Below, in pieces: positions 1 through 8,729 of a stretch of 57,237 nucleotides of DNA (position 1 is the first letter of the stretch; each line of letters starts with the position of its first letter). Source of the stretch: Patescibacteria group bacterium (lineage in GTDB: Bacteria > Patescibacteriota > Minisyncoccia > Phycocordibacterales > UBA9973); contig JBBTSS010000007.1 in NCBI GenBank assembly GCA_038064635.1, positions 9,163-66,399 of the forward strand. Direction: 5' to 3'. The notes beneath the pieces were generated by a model. That model had not been told where the DNA came from. It made no database searches and worked only from the letters and a program-made list of their open reading frames with translations. Made by a program: the position numbers and the translations under genes.

Positions 1-2
1 AA

Positions 3-89
3 GGAGAGATGGATGAGTGGTTTAAATCAACGGTTTACTAAACCGTCGTCCCTTAAACAGGACCGCGAGTTCGAATCTCGCTCTCTCCG
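3..89 (+). tRNA. tRNA-Ser (class II, long variable arm); anticodon loop reads TTACTAA, apparent anticodon ACT
   Basis: Hand-folded cloverleaf: acceptor GGAGAGA/TCTCTCC, anticodon stem ACGGT/ACCGT, variable arm GTCC/GGAC, T-arm GCGAG-TTCGAAT-CTCGC, discriminator G. CCA is not encoded. Confidence 0.85.
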
Positions 90-99
90 CATCATTTTT

Positions 100-124
100 A
101 AAAGTCATTTTTGACTTTATTTTG
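100..124 (+). terminator. Intrinsic terminator after tRNA-Ser
   Basis: Stem AAAGTCA/TGACTTT (101-107/112-118) followed by ATTTT. Confidence 0.6.
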
Positions 125-440
125 TATACGTGTTATGAATAAATTAGAAAAAAAATTGTTCACACAATAAAATACATCGCCATGTCATTAGGTAATAATA
201 ATGTTCGAAACGACAAGAATCTTCTTTCAAAAATCTCTAAAAATATCAAGAATGGTATCAGAGATATCAAAAGAAAAAAACGCCAAAAAAAGATTCGGGC
301 TGCTCATGCTGAATCCAACGAAGATCATATTGATCGCAACCCACCCCTTTTTATTGGCAGTCGTTAATTTTTATTCACTTTTTTAAAAAAACAGGTCACC
401 TTTTCGGAGGAGGCCTTTTTTATTTGCTTATTTTTTAAAG

Positions 441-449
441 TGATATAAT
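441..449 (+). promoter_or_regulatory. Extended -10 promoter (TGATATAAT) abutting the start codon
   Basis: TGnTATAAT; the hexamer ends 6 nt before ATG 456, which implies a leaderless mRNA. Confidence 0.55.
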
Positions 450-455
450 TTGTAT

Positions 456-875
456 ATGATAAATTTAAATTTATTAAAACCAAAAGTTAAATTATTAGCA
501 GAGGAATTAATAAAAGAATCTAAGAAGATAGGGGTGCAAATAATTCTCGTGCAAGGCTTCAGAAGTACAGAAGAACAAGACGCCCTATACGCAAAAGGGC
601 GTACAGAAAAAGGAAAGATAGTGACGAATGCAAAAGGTGGACAGAGTTTTCATAACTATGGTGTAGCTTTTGATGTGTGTCCTATCGTAAATGGAAAGGT
701 GACATGGAAATATGCCGAACTATTTAAAAAAGTAGGTAGTATTGGAGAAAGTATTGGCCTCGAATGGGGAGGGAATTGGAAAAAGTTTAAAGACTTACCT
801 CACTTTCAATATACTGCTGGATACACTCTCGCTCAGTTTAAAAATAATAAAATAGATACAGAAAAATTCAGTTAA
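456..875 (+). CDS. Peptidase M15 family (VanY / L-Ala-D-Glu endolysin-like zinc D,D- or L,D-peptidase)
   Basis: Translation carries SFHNYGVAFD and LEWGGNW...DLPHFQ, the H-x-D...H zinc-ligand pattern of M15 peptidases. No signal peptide. The ORF track starts at TTG 450; ATG 456 is preferred. Confidence 0.85.
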   Translation: MINLNLLKPKVKLLAEELIKESKKIGVQIILVQGFRSTEEQDALYAKGRTEKGKIVTNAKGGQSFHNYGVAFDVCPIVNGKVTWKYAELFKKVGSIGESIGLEWGGNWKKFKDLPHFQYTAGYTLAQFKNNKIDTEKFS

Positions 876-937
876 TTTTTAGTGCTTGCTTTAATTTTTT
901 ATATATCTTATAATAGACGTGTTTATTTATAAAATAT

Positions 938-1897
938 ATGAAAGTAATATCTTTATTTACAGGAGCAGGAGGAATGGACTTAGGCTTTTTGAAAGCGGGT
1001 CATAAGATAGTCTGGGCAAATGATAATGATCCTGACTCTTGTCTTACTTATGAAAAGAACTTCAAGCACAAACCGGTCTGCAAAAATATAGAAGAAGTCC
1101 CTTCGTCTAGTATACCAGAGGCAGATGTAGTGATAGGAGGTTTCCCTTGTCAGGGTTTTTCTATTGCAAATCCTTATAGAAATACAGAAGATAAAAGAAA
1201 TACTTTATATCTCGAATTACTTCGAGTTATTAGAGATAAAAAACCAAAATACTTTGTCGCAGAAAATGTCGCAGGTTTGTGTTCTATTGGTGGTTATGAA
1301 AACGCACAAGATAGAAAAAACCATACCGGTAAGGTTTTAAAAGTTATTCTCGAAGAATTACGTCATGCTATACCAAAAGGTTATCATGTTGAATTTCAAA
1401 TATTAAATGCAGCGGATTATGGTGTGCCACAGACAAGAAGGAGAGTGATAATACTTGGTACTCGAAAAGACGTAAAGAAGATTTTTGTTCACCCAAAACC
1501 AGTATTTTCAAAAGAGGGGGAAATTTTTCCAAAATGGAAAACTGTCCGTGAGTCCATAAGTGACCTACCAGAAAAACCTTCTAAGGATATTCCAAATCAT
1601 ACTGGTACAAGTCATCAAGTAAAGATAAATGGGCATATAGGAAACAGAGCCACGGATTGGGACAAACCTTCGCCAACGATAGTTGGAAGAGGAGGTGGTA
1701 CAGGAGGGCCAGTTATTATTCCTCATCCAAATTTAAAAAGACGCATGACAGTACGAGAGACCGCTAGGCTTCAGTCTTTCCCTGATGACTTTATTTTCGA
1801 AGGTTCTGTGTCTTCTCAGTATAGGCAGATAGGTAATGCCGTACCTTGGCCACTTGCTTACTATATAGCAAAACAAATACCGAAAAATCCTAAGTAA
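938..1897 (+). CDS. dcm: DNA (cytosine-5)-methyltransferase
   Basis: Canonical C5-MTase motifs: FTGAGG (I), GFPCQGFS (IV), ENV (VI), QTRRR (VIII), QIGNAVP (X). Confidence 0.95.
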   Translation: MKVISLFTGAGGMDLGFLKAGHKIVWANDNDPDSCLTYEKNFKHKPVCKNIEEVPSSSIPEADVVIGGFPCQGFSIANPYRNTEDKRNTLYLELLRVIRDKKPKYFVAENVAGLCSIGGYENAQDRKNHTGKVLKVILEELRHAIPKGYHVEFQILNAADYGVPQTRRRVIILGTRKDVKKIFVHPKPVFSKEGEIFPKWKTVRESISDLPEKPSKDIPNHTGTSHQVKINGHIGNRATDWDKPSPTIVGRGGGTGGPVIIPHPNLKRRMTVRETARLQSFPDDFIFEGSVSSQYRQIGNAVPWPLAYYIAKQIPKNPK

Positions 1898-2498
1898 ATT
1901 TTTTCTTTAAGAAATTGTAGATTTCTTTCTGCTTCTCTTCATCAATTTCTTTTACTCTATCTAATAAAGTAATTTTCTTTAAGTCCGTATTTTTTGCACC
2001 TTCATTACATACATTACACATAGTGGTGAAGTCTTCTTTTGTTAAAACTTTATTTTCACTTTCACCTTCTTTTCTTTTGTGCGCTATGTTGTGTCCTACA
2101 TGAAGTTTGATTTTATGATCTGGTTTAAAAGGATCATCATCATTTACCGTTCTACCGCAAGTCTGACAAGTAAAACCATCTCTTTGAAAAACTTCGAACA
2201 TTATCTTTTTATTTACACCTCTGGATCTTATTTTTTTAGGATCTGGATCTTTTTCGAGTAGTACCCATTCGTTTACTTTTAAATTTAAGCCTGTTTTTTC
2301 ATTGTCTTTATGGTTTATTATGTTGTAGCCCATTTCGTCTCGGAGTTCAAAAATTCTTCTTATGTTATGAGCAATAGGTTTTCCATTTGCGCCAGTTAAT
2401 GAAGAAAATTCTTGAGATGTTACAGGTTTGCCCAATTTAGATTGCAAAAGCTCAAGAGCTTTCTGGATATATGATTTTTTTGTAATATCTTTTTTCAT
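1890..2498 (-). CDS. HNH-type restriction endonuclease, putative partner of the C5-MTase
   Basis: C-terminal CQTCG...LHVGHNIAHK...CNVCNEGAKN (HNH with Cys pairs). Convergent with the MTase gene, 3' ends overlapping by 8 nt. Confidence 0.75.
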   Translation of the reverse strand: MKKDITKKSYIQKALELLQSKLGKPVTSQEFSSLTGANGKPIAHNIRRIFELRDEMGYNIINHKDNEKTGLNLKVNEWVLLEKDPDPKKIRSRGVNKKIMFEVFQRDGFTCQTCGRTVNDDDPFKPDHKIKLHVGHNIAHKRKEGESENKVLTKEDFTTMCNVCNEGAKNTDLKKITLLDRVKEIDEEKQKEIYNFLKKKFT

Positions 2499-2505
2499 TT
2501 ATTTT

Positions 2506-3672
2506 TTATTTAAATTTTTTAATTGTTTCAGACACAGTATTTACTACATCTTTGTCCCACATGCTAGGAATTATTTTTGTAGGGGATAGGTCGACGACCG
2601 AGTCTGCGAGAGCTTCCGCAATAGCAGAAAACATTTCTATTTTAAATTGAGGAATGTTTTCTTCTAGCATTCCACGAAATGCTCCAGGAAATACGAGAGA
2701 GTTATTTATCTGATTTGGATAATCACTGCGTCCAGTAGCTATGATATATGCTCTAGCTTCTTTTGCATCTTCGGGCATTATCTCAGGAGTAGGATTTGCG
2801 AGTCCAAATATGACAGGATTTGGTGCCATAGATTGAACCATTTCTTTTGTAACTACTCCTGGTTTGGATAGTCCGATGAATACGTGTGCTCCTTTGAGTG
2901 CGTCAGAAAGCGTTCCTTCTTTTGTGAGGGCGGTGCTTTGTTCAAGTAATTCTATTTTTTCTTTTGTTAAATCAGTTCTATCTTTGTGAATTATTCCTTT
3001 ACTGTCTACATAGGTTATATTTTTTGCTCCATATACATTCAAAAGTCTTGCAGTAGCGACCCCTGCTGCTCCGACTCCACTCAATACTATTTTCACCTCT
3101 TCTAGCTTCAAGGGATTTTCTAATTTTAAATTTATTAATTTTAAAGAATTTATAAATGCAGCGAGTGTTACCGTAGCTGCTCCCCATTGGTCATCATGCA
3201 TCACTGGTATAGAGAGTTCTTTTCTAAGTCTTTCTTCTATTTCAAAACATCTTGGTGCAGAAATATCTTCTAAATTTATTCCTCCGAAAACTGGCGCAAT
3301 CTGTTTTACAGCTTTTATTATCTCTTCGGCATCTTGTGTGTCGAGACATATCGGGAACGCATCTACTCCAGCAAATTCTTTGAATATGGCTGCTTTCCCT
3401 TCCATGACAGGTATTGCAGCAAGAGCGCCAAGATTACCAAGTCCGAGGATAGCAGAACCATCACTTACTATCGCAATGGTATTTCTTTTGAGTGTATATT
3501 CACGGGCAAGTTTTGGGTCTCGAGCTATTTCTCGAGAGACTTCAGCGACTCCTGGGCTATAAGTAAGAGACAGAACTTCTTTAGAATCAAGCTTTATTTT
3601 ACTTACTGTTTCTAATTTGCCATGATATTTGGCATGTAATTCTAGGGACTTTTTATATATATCTTCGTTCAT
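2506..3672 (-). CDS. NAD(P)-dependent malic enzyme (short form, no PTA domain)
   Basis: 388 aa. Contains LSLTYSPGVAEVSREI, AIVSDGSAILGLGNLG and GINLEDISAPRCFEIE, typical of prokaryotic malic enzymes. Confidence 0.9.
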   Translation of the reverse strand: MNEDIYKKSLELHAKYHGKLETVSKIKLDSKEVLSLTYSPGVAEVSREIARDPKLAREYTLKRNTIAIVSDGSAILGLGNLGALAAIPVMEGKAAIFKEFAGVDAFPICLDTQDAEEIIKAVKQIAPVFGGINLEDISAPRCFEIEERLRKELSIPVMHDDQWGAATVTLAAFINSLKLINLKLENPLKLEEVKIVLSGVGAAGVATARLLNVYGAKNITYVDSKGIIHKDRTDLTKEKIELLEQSTALTKEGTLSDALKGAHVFIGLSKPGVVTKEMVQSMAPNPVIFGLANPTPEIMPEDAKEARAYIIATGRSDYPNQINNSLVFPGAFRGMLEENIPQFKIEMFSAIAEALADSVVDLSPTKIIPSMWDKDVVNTVSETIKKFK

Positions 3673-3736
3673 GTATTTAGTGTACTCTTATTTTTTTAAA
3701 AATCATTCTTTTTAAAGTTTTGTAATTTTTTATTTA

Positions 3737-3745
3737 TGATATACT
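3737..3745 (+). promoter_or_regulatory. Extended -10 promoter (TGATATACT)
   Basis: The hexamer TATACT ends 7 nt before ATG 3753. Confidence 0.45.
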
Positions 3746-3752
3746 CCTTTAC

Positions 3753-4283
3753 ATGAATTCCATGGATAAACTAAAAAAGAGGATGTGGCATTTTATTTAT
3801 AAAATATTCACCAGAACACAACAATCTCTTTTGAAAATTGGTCTTATAAGACACGAAAAAGGCAGACAGCCTTACCACATAGGATGGCTTACTCCTGGTA
3901 GGACCTTAGAAGAATTAAAAAATCATTTACATGCAGAGTGGGGTTTCGGTAATCATTTCGTAGCATGGATAGACGATGGGCAAGTGTTGAGTTGGAGAAA
4001 GTTATTAAATTTCAATGATCAATATCATTTACGTGTTTTTCGAGACGGAGAGATAAGAGGCCACTTTGAATTTACTCCAGAGGGACATCCGCTAGATCAC
4101 TTTATAGAAAAAGGTGAAAGGGAAGCAAAAGAAGAATTTCTAAGATTTTTAGGAGATTTTGTAGTTTCAAAAAAAGTTCTCTCACATTTAGAGATTGATC
4201 CAAGTGCTTTTAATCCTGATTCAGAAATCACAATAGATAACTTTGAGAATAAAGAACACGAAGAAGAAAAACCTACTATCTAA
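3753..4283 (+). CDS. Hypothetical protein (176 aa), no family recognised
   Basis: Long ORF with non-repetitive composition. Convergent 4-nt overlap with the ATP-grasp gene. Confidence 0.6.
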   Translation: MNSMDKLKKRMWHFIYKIFTRTQQSLLKIGLIRHEKGRQPYHIGWLTPGRTLEELKNHLHAEWGFGNHFVAWIDDGQVLSWRKLLNFNDQYHLRVFRDGEIRGHFEFTPEGHPLDHFIEKGEREAKEEFLRFLGDFVVSKKVLSHLEIDPSAFNPDSEITIDNFENKEHEEEKPTI

Positions 4284-5464
4284 ATCGGTTTTGATTCTGG
4301 CAAAACTAGATCCCATAGTTTTGCGGCTACATTATTTGGTGTACCAAATAAAACATATTGGTGTAAGTCTATAAAAGGTAGACTGTTGCATTCAATGACT
4401 CCGCTTCGTGGTTGGTCAAACCAAGGTTTTGTAATGTCTTCCATTATAAAGTCTACGCCCACTACTTCGTTTTTTAAAAAAGAAGCCACATGTTCTAGCA
4501 TTTTTTTATTGTGTTCATTTGTTGTTTCTGTAACTTCTGTTGTCTGTCCTCCGACACCACGACTTGTCTTTTGAGAAAAAGTAACAATTCTTCCAGCTTC
4601 CGGAATATCTTCCATTTTTATATTTTGTCTTTTTAATTCTTCGAAAGCTTCTTTGTCTAATGCTATCTTATGAAAAACTGGCCCATTTCTTTCTGGTCTT
4701 TCGTTTTCTTTTTCTAGTAATTCTTTTAATGTATGTATGCCGTCACCTTCAACTTGAGGCCATTCTCTTTTTACTACACCGACTAATTTACCACCAATGA
4801 CTGTACCTCTAAAAAGAACACCTTTTAATTCTTCCTCTATCACAACAAAAGGAGAAAGCATTTTTGCTTTAGTGTAACCCACCATTAATTCTTCTACTGT
4901 ATTTATATGGATAGTAGTGTGGCGACTTCGGGAACCTAAGTTTGGTTTTGCAATTACAGGTTTACTGAGTTTGTTAAATATTTTTAAAGCACTTTTTTTA
5001 TTCCAAGCTACTCCACCATTGGCAACAGGAATATTTTCTTTTTTAAATTTCTTTTTCATTATCCATTTGTCGTCCATCCATTTCAAAGAAGGAGAGATGG
5101 TGTCTGGCATAGGCATACTATCGAAACTAATAGTTTTTCCTTTAAATTCTGCAATGAACACGTCACTGACAGGCCCCATGTGAAATTCTCGCATTTTTAT
5201 ACCGCGTTTATTTGCTTCTTCCCAGACGCATCTTGCTCGGAGACTATTTTTTGGACTTATTTCATTTGTGTAGTGCCCCAAACGTAAAAAAACCATTAAC
5301 TTTATAAAGTTTGTGCCAAGTGTTTGAGATATTCTTTCCGCCACATGACCAAAAATACTTTCCATGAAGTTTAAAAATGGTTCGTTTAAAATACCAAGAA
5401 CTACTGAGTAATAAGCAAAAAAATGTGACTGTTGTGCGGGTTCGCAATCTTTACAATGTTTCAT
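4280..5464 (-). CDS. ATP-grasp enzyme, cyanophycin-synthetase/RimK-like, lacking a Mur-ligase module
   Basis: KPNLGSRSRHTTIHINTVEEL...VVIEEELKGVLFRGTVIGGKLVGVVKREWPQVEGDGIHTLKELL resembles the ATP-grasp core of CphA-like ligases. Confidence 0.65.
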   Translation of the reverse strand: MKHCKDCEPAQQSHFFAYYSVVLGILNEPFLNFMESIFGHVAERISQTLGTNFIKLMVFLRLGHYTNEISPKNSLRARCVWEEANKRGIKMREFHMGPVSDVFIAEFKGKTISFDSMPMPDTISPSLKWMDDKWIMKKKFKKENIPVANGGVAWNKKSALKIFNKLSKPVIAKPNLGSRSRHTTIHINTVEELMVGYTKAKMLSPFVVIEEELKGVLFRGTVIGGKLVGVVKREWPQVEGDGIHTLKELLEKENERPERNGPVFHKIALDKEAFEELKRQNIKMEDIPEAGRIVTFSQKTSRGVGGQTTEVTETTNEHNKKMLEHVASFLKNEVVGVDFIMEDITKPWFDQPRSGVIECNSLPFIDLHQYVLFGTPNNVAAKLWDLVLPESKPI

Positions 5465-5496
5465 GGAAAATATTATAGCATTTTTATTTATAACTA

Positions 5497-6144
5497 TTAG
5501 TGAGCCACAGTGAAAGCTATTATTTTTTTAGCTCCGTTTTCTTTTAATACTTTCTTTGCTTCAGACAATGTGGCTCCTGTGGTAGTCACGTCATCAATTA
5601 AAATTATATTTCTATTTTTGATAGATTCTTTATTTTTTATGTTAAAAGAATTTGTAATGTTTTTTAATCTTTGCTTTCTGTCTTTTATGTGTGCTTGATG
5701 TATGGTATCTTTTATTTTTGTTAAAATGTCTTTTTTTAGAGTAAAAGTTTCTGGTGAAAGTAAAAGTAATTCTCGAGCTATGAGTTCTGCCTGATTGTAA
5801 CCTCGCTCACGATACCTCTTTTTTGAAAGGGGGATAGGGATGAGTATAGGGTTTTTAAAATTTTCTAATAACATCATTTCAGATATTTCTTCTAAGGTAT
5901 TTAAATATATGCTAGTAGCAAAGACCTTTGATAAACTTTTTTTGCCTTTATATTTGAGTAGCCAAATAGCTCTTTTAATAAGAGGATCCCTATAATCATA
6001 AATAGAGTATATCCAGTCCAGGTTTTCTCTTTCTGCCAAACGGCAATTATTTAAACAATTTTGACAAAGATAGCTTCCATGTTTCTTACAAGAAATACAA
6101 GTTACAGGAAAAAGTATATCTAATATAGTGTTTAAAACGCCCAT
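5497..6144 (-). CDS. comFC: ComF family phosphoribosyltransferase-like competence protein
   Basis: N-terminal Cys-x2-Cys pairs plus a C-terminal PRTase motif ILIDDVTTTGATL. Confidence 0.85.
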   Translation of the reverse strand: MGVLNTILDILFPVTCISCKKHGSYLCQNCLNNCRLAERENLDWIYSIYDYRDPLIKRAIWLLKYKGKKSLSKVFATSIYLNTLEEISEMMLLENFKNPILIPIPLSKKRYRERGYNQAELIARELLLLSPETFTLKKDILTKIKDTIHQAHIKDRKQRLKNITNSFNIKNKESIKNRNIILIDDVTTTGATLSEAKKVLKENGAKKIIAFTVAH

Positions 6145-6177
6145 TGTGTTATACTTACTTTATCATAATTTATAAAC

Positions 6178-7308
6178 ATGAGTAATATTTTTGAGAAAAT
6201 TTTTGGTTCAACTTCAGGTACTTTAGGAAGTGCTTCTTCTGATAGTGTTATAGGTATAGACATAGGTTCTTCTGCTATCAAAGTTGTTGAGATAAAAAAG
6301 AAAGCAGGAAAAGCAGTATTGGAAACTTACGGAGCTATATCTTTAGGTACTTACGCAGATACTGACATTGGAAGAGTGACAAATTTACCAACAGAGAAAA
6401 CCATCGAAGCATTAAAAGAAGTTTTAAAACAATCAGGCGTTACAACTTCTTCTGTGGCTATGTCTGTGCCGATGCAGTCCAGTCTTATCTTTACTGTGGA
6501 TTTGCCTCCAAACATAAAAGAAAGTGAGATATCTACTATTGTTCCAACCGAAGCTCGAAAATATATACCTGTTCCGATAAACGAAGTTTCTCTCGATTAC
6601 TTTATCCTTCCTTCCAAAGAACCTTCTTTTGAAGAAGCAAATAATCCAGAACTTAGTTTAAATAAAAAAGATAAAACAGAAGTACTCGTAGTAGCTATTC
6701 AAAATGATGCAATATCTAAAATACGTTCTATTGTCTCTCAATGTAATTTAACAGCTTCATTTTTTGAAGTAGAGGTTTTTTCTTCCGTTCGTGCAAATTT
6801 TGAACATGAGTTATCTTTGGTTTTACTCGTAGACTTTGGTGCTTCTCGTACTAAATTGTCTTTAGTAGAGTTTGGTGTTGTAAAAGGCTATCATACTGTG
6901 AACCGCGGTGGAGCTGACATCACTGACTCAATATCAAAATCATTATCCATACCTTTTGCTGAAGCAGAAGAAATGAAAAAAGAATTTGGTCTTTTTGGTA
7001 ATCCAAATGAAAAAAATCTGGCTGATATCATAAAAGTGCACACTGACTATATCTTTAGTGAAACGAATAATGTATTATTAGGGTACGAGAAAAAATACGG
7101 TAGAACTATTACAAAAGTTATTTTCACTGGTGGCGGTGCGCTTTTGAAGGGAATGCAAGAAGTCGCAGTAAATAATTTTAAAGCTGAAGTTCAAGTAGGG
7201 CATCCTTTTTCTAAAGTTGGTGCACCTGCTTTTTTAGAAAAAGTACTACAAACCACCGGACCAGAGTTTGCTATCGCGATAGGACTTGCTCTCAGAAAGT
7301 TACAATAA
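6178..7308 (+). CDS. pilM: Type IV pilus assembly protein PilM (actin-like ATPase fold)
   Basis: IGIDIGSSAIKVVE... and ...FTGGGALLKG, the PilM/FtsA-like pattern. First gene of the pilus operon. Confidence 0.85.
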   Translation: MSNIFEKIFGSTSGTLGSASSDSVIGIDIGSSAIKVVEIKKKAGKAVLETYGAISLGTYADTDIGRVTNLPTEKTIEALKEVLKQSGVTTSSVAMSVPMQSSLIFTVDLPPNIKESEISTIVPTEARKYIPVPINEVSLDYFILPSKEPSFEEANNPELSLNKKDKTEVLVVAIQNDAISKIRSIVSQCNLTASFFEVEVFSSVRANFEHELSLVLLVDFGASRTKLSLVEFGVVKGYHTVNRGGADITDSISKSLSIPFAEAEEMKKEFGLFGNPNEKNLADIIKVHTDYIFSETNNVLLGYEKKYGRTITKVIFTGGGALLKGMQEVAVNNFKAEVQVGHPFSKVGAPAFLEKVLQTTGPEFAIAIGLALRKLQ

Positions 7309-7365
7309 TTTTCTGGAAATTGTTTCTTTAAATTAAAAATTATATTTCTTAACAAAATAGCTTTG

Positions 7366-7390
7366 CTAGAATTAATTCTAGAGTTATAAT
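7366..7390 (+). promoter_or_regulatory. Perfect 16-bp palindrome CTAGAATTAATTCTAG fused to a TATAAT -10 box (candidate operator plus internal promoter)
   Basis: Palindrome at 7366-7381 and TATAAT at 7385-7390, 8 nt before ATG 7399. Confidence 0.5.
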
Positions 7391-7398
7391 ACAAATAG

Positions 7399-8112
7399 AT
7401 GGATCAAAGTTTCCAAACATCATTTATACCAAAAAAGCCAGTAGTTGAAGAGAGAACAAAGGCGTCTAGACCTATGGGTCTTTTTACTATTATTGGTATT
7501 TTTATTTTTGTATCTATGGCACTTTCTTATGCTGGACTTTATTTCTATAAAGGGATACTTACTAAAAATATCACAGAAATGGAGAAGAATTTAACTTTAG
7601 CTAAAAATCGTTTTGAACCTGAAAAAATATCTCAACTAAAACTCTTGGATAGACGTTTGCGTTCATCTAATGAAATTTTATTAAAGCATATTGCTGTTTC
7701 ACCTATTTTTAAAGCTTTAAGTCAGGTTACTTTAAAAACTGTACGTTATACAAAATTTAGCTATGATTTAGCAGGGGATAAGAATTCTCAAATATTGGTA
7801 AAATTAAACGGTCAAGCGGTTGGGTATCGTTCTGTCGCTCTCCAAGCTGATATCTTAGCGAAAGATGAACGTGTAAATAAACATATTATCGATCCAGTCT
7901 TTTCAAACTTGTCACTTGATGATAAAGGAAATGTTTTGTTTGATTTAGAATTTTTTGTTGATGCTGATTTTGTTGATTATAGACAAGCTCTTGAAACTGA
8001 AAGTCCAGCTAATTCTGTCATTGAAAATGTAAATACAACTACACCCACCACGAATACTACGACTCCGAATTCTACAAATACAGACACAAAAGTAAAAGAA
8101 GATAATTTATAA
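7399..8112 (+). CDS. PilN-like pilus assembly protein (single TM plus coiled coil, Thr/Asn-rich tail)
   Basis: Position after pilM. N-terminal TM segment LFTIIGIFIFVSMALSYAGLYF followed by a coiled-coil-like region. Confidence 0.55.
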   Translation: MDQSFQTSFIPKKPVVEERTKASRPMGLFTIIGIFIFVSMALSYAGLYFYKGILTKNITEMEKNLTLAKNRFEPEKISQLKLLDRRLRSSNEILLKHIAVSPIFKALSQVTLKTVRYTKFSYDLAGDKNSQILVKLNGQAVGYRSVALQADILAKDERVNKHIIDPVFSNLSLDDKGNVLFDLEFFVDADFVDYRQALETESPANSVIENVNTTTPTTNTTTPNSTNTDTKVKEDNL

Positions 8113-8116
8113 AAAA

Positions 8117-8728
8117 ATGTTAAGACTTATCACACCAATTATTTTAATAGCTCTCTCTATCGGCGGATTCGTTCTTTTTGTAAGTCCTATGTATAAAGAG
8201 ACAAATGTTCTAAAAGAACAGGTTTCTTCTTACAATCAAGCATTAGATAACTCTAAGGCTCTTGAAAATGAAAGAGATAAATTGACTAAGAAATATAGCG
8301 CTATTGATCCTGTAAATTTAGATAAATTACAAAAACTTTTACCTGATAATGTTGATAATATCCGTTTAATATTAGAAATAGAAAAAATAGCTTCACCTTA
8401 CGGAATGATCTTAAAAGACGTAAAGTATGAGACAGAATCAAAAGCTGATAAAGCTGCTCCAAACACTACTGGTGGCGTAGGTACTGTTGCTGGAGGAACT
8501 CAAATTAAACAAAACAGCAAAGAATATGGCACATGGGACTTAGGTTTTTCTATTGAAGGTAAATATAATGATTTTATTAATTTTACTAAAGACTTAGAGA
8601 GTAATTTGAGAATAGTAGATATAGCTTCAATTCAATTCAATTCAGATGTACCTTTGACTGGAGCGAAATCCTTTTCAGAATCTTATAAGTATAGTTTTAA
8701 AGTTAAGACTTATTGGTTAAAAAATTAA
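8117..8728 (+). CDS. PilO-like pilus assembly protein
   Basis: N-terminal TM segment, coiled coil, then a C-terminal globular part. Called by synteny after the pilN-like gene. Confidence 0.5.
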   Translation: MLRLITPIILIALSIGGFVLFVSPMYKETNVLKEQVSSYNQALDNSKALENERDKLTKKYSAIDPVNLDKLQKLLPDNVDNIRLILEIEKIASPYGMILKDVKYETESKADKAAPNTTGGVGTVAGGTQIKQNSKEYGTWDLGFSIEGKYNDFINFTKDLESNLRIVDIASIQFNSDVPLTGAKSFSESYKYSFKVKTYWLKN

Positions 8729-8729
8729 A

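Noticed and set aside
182-386. Two overlapping 61-aa ORFs downstream of tRNA-Ser; one is Lys-rich.
   Set aside because: They are short, mutually exclusive and A-rich with low complexity, and have no recognisable motif. They are left unannotated. The region may be a remnant or an untranslated leader.
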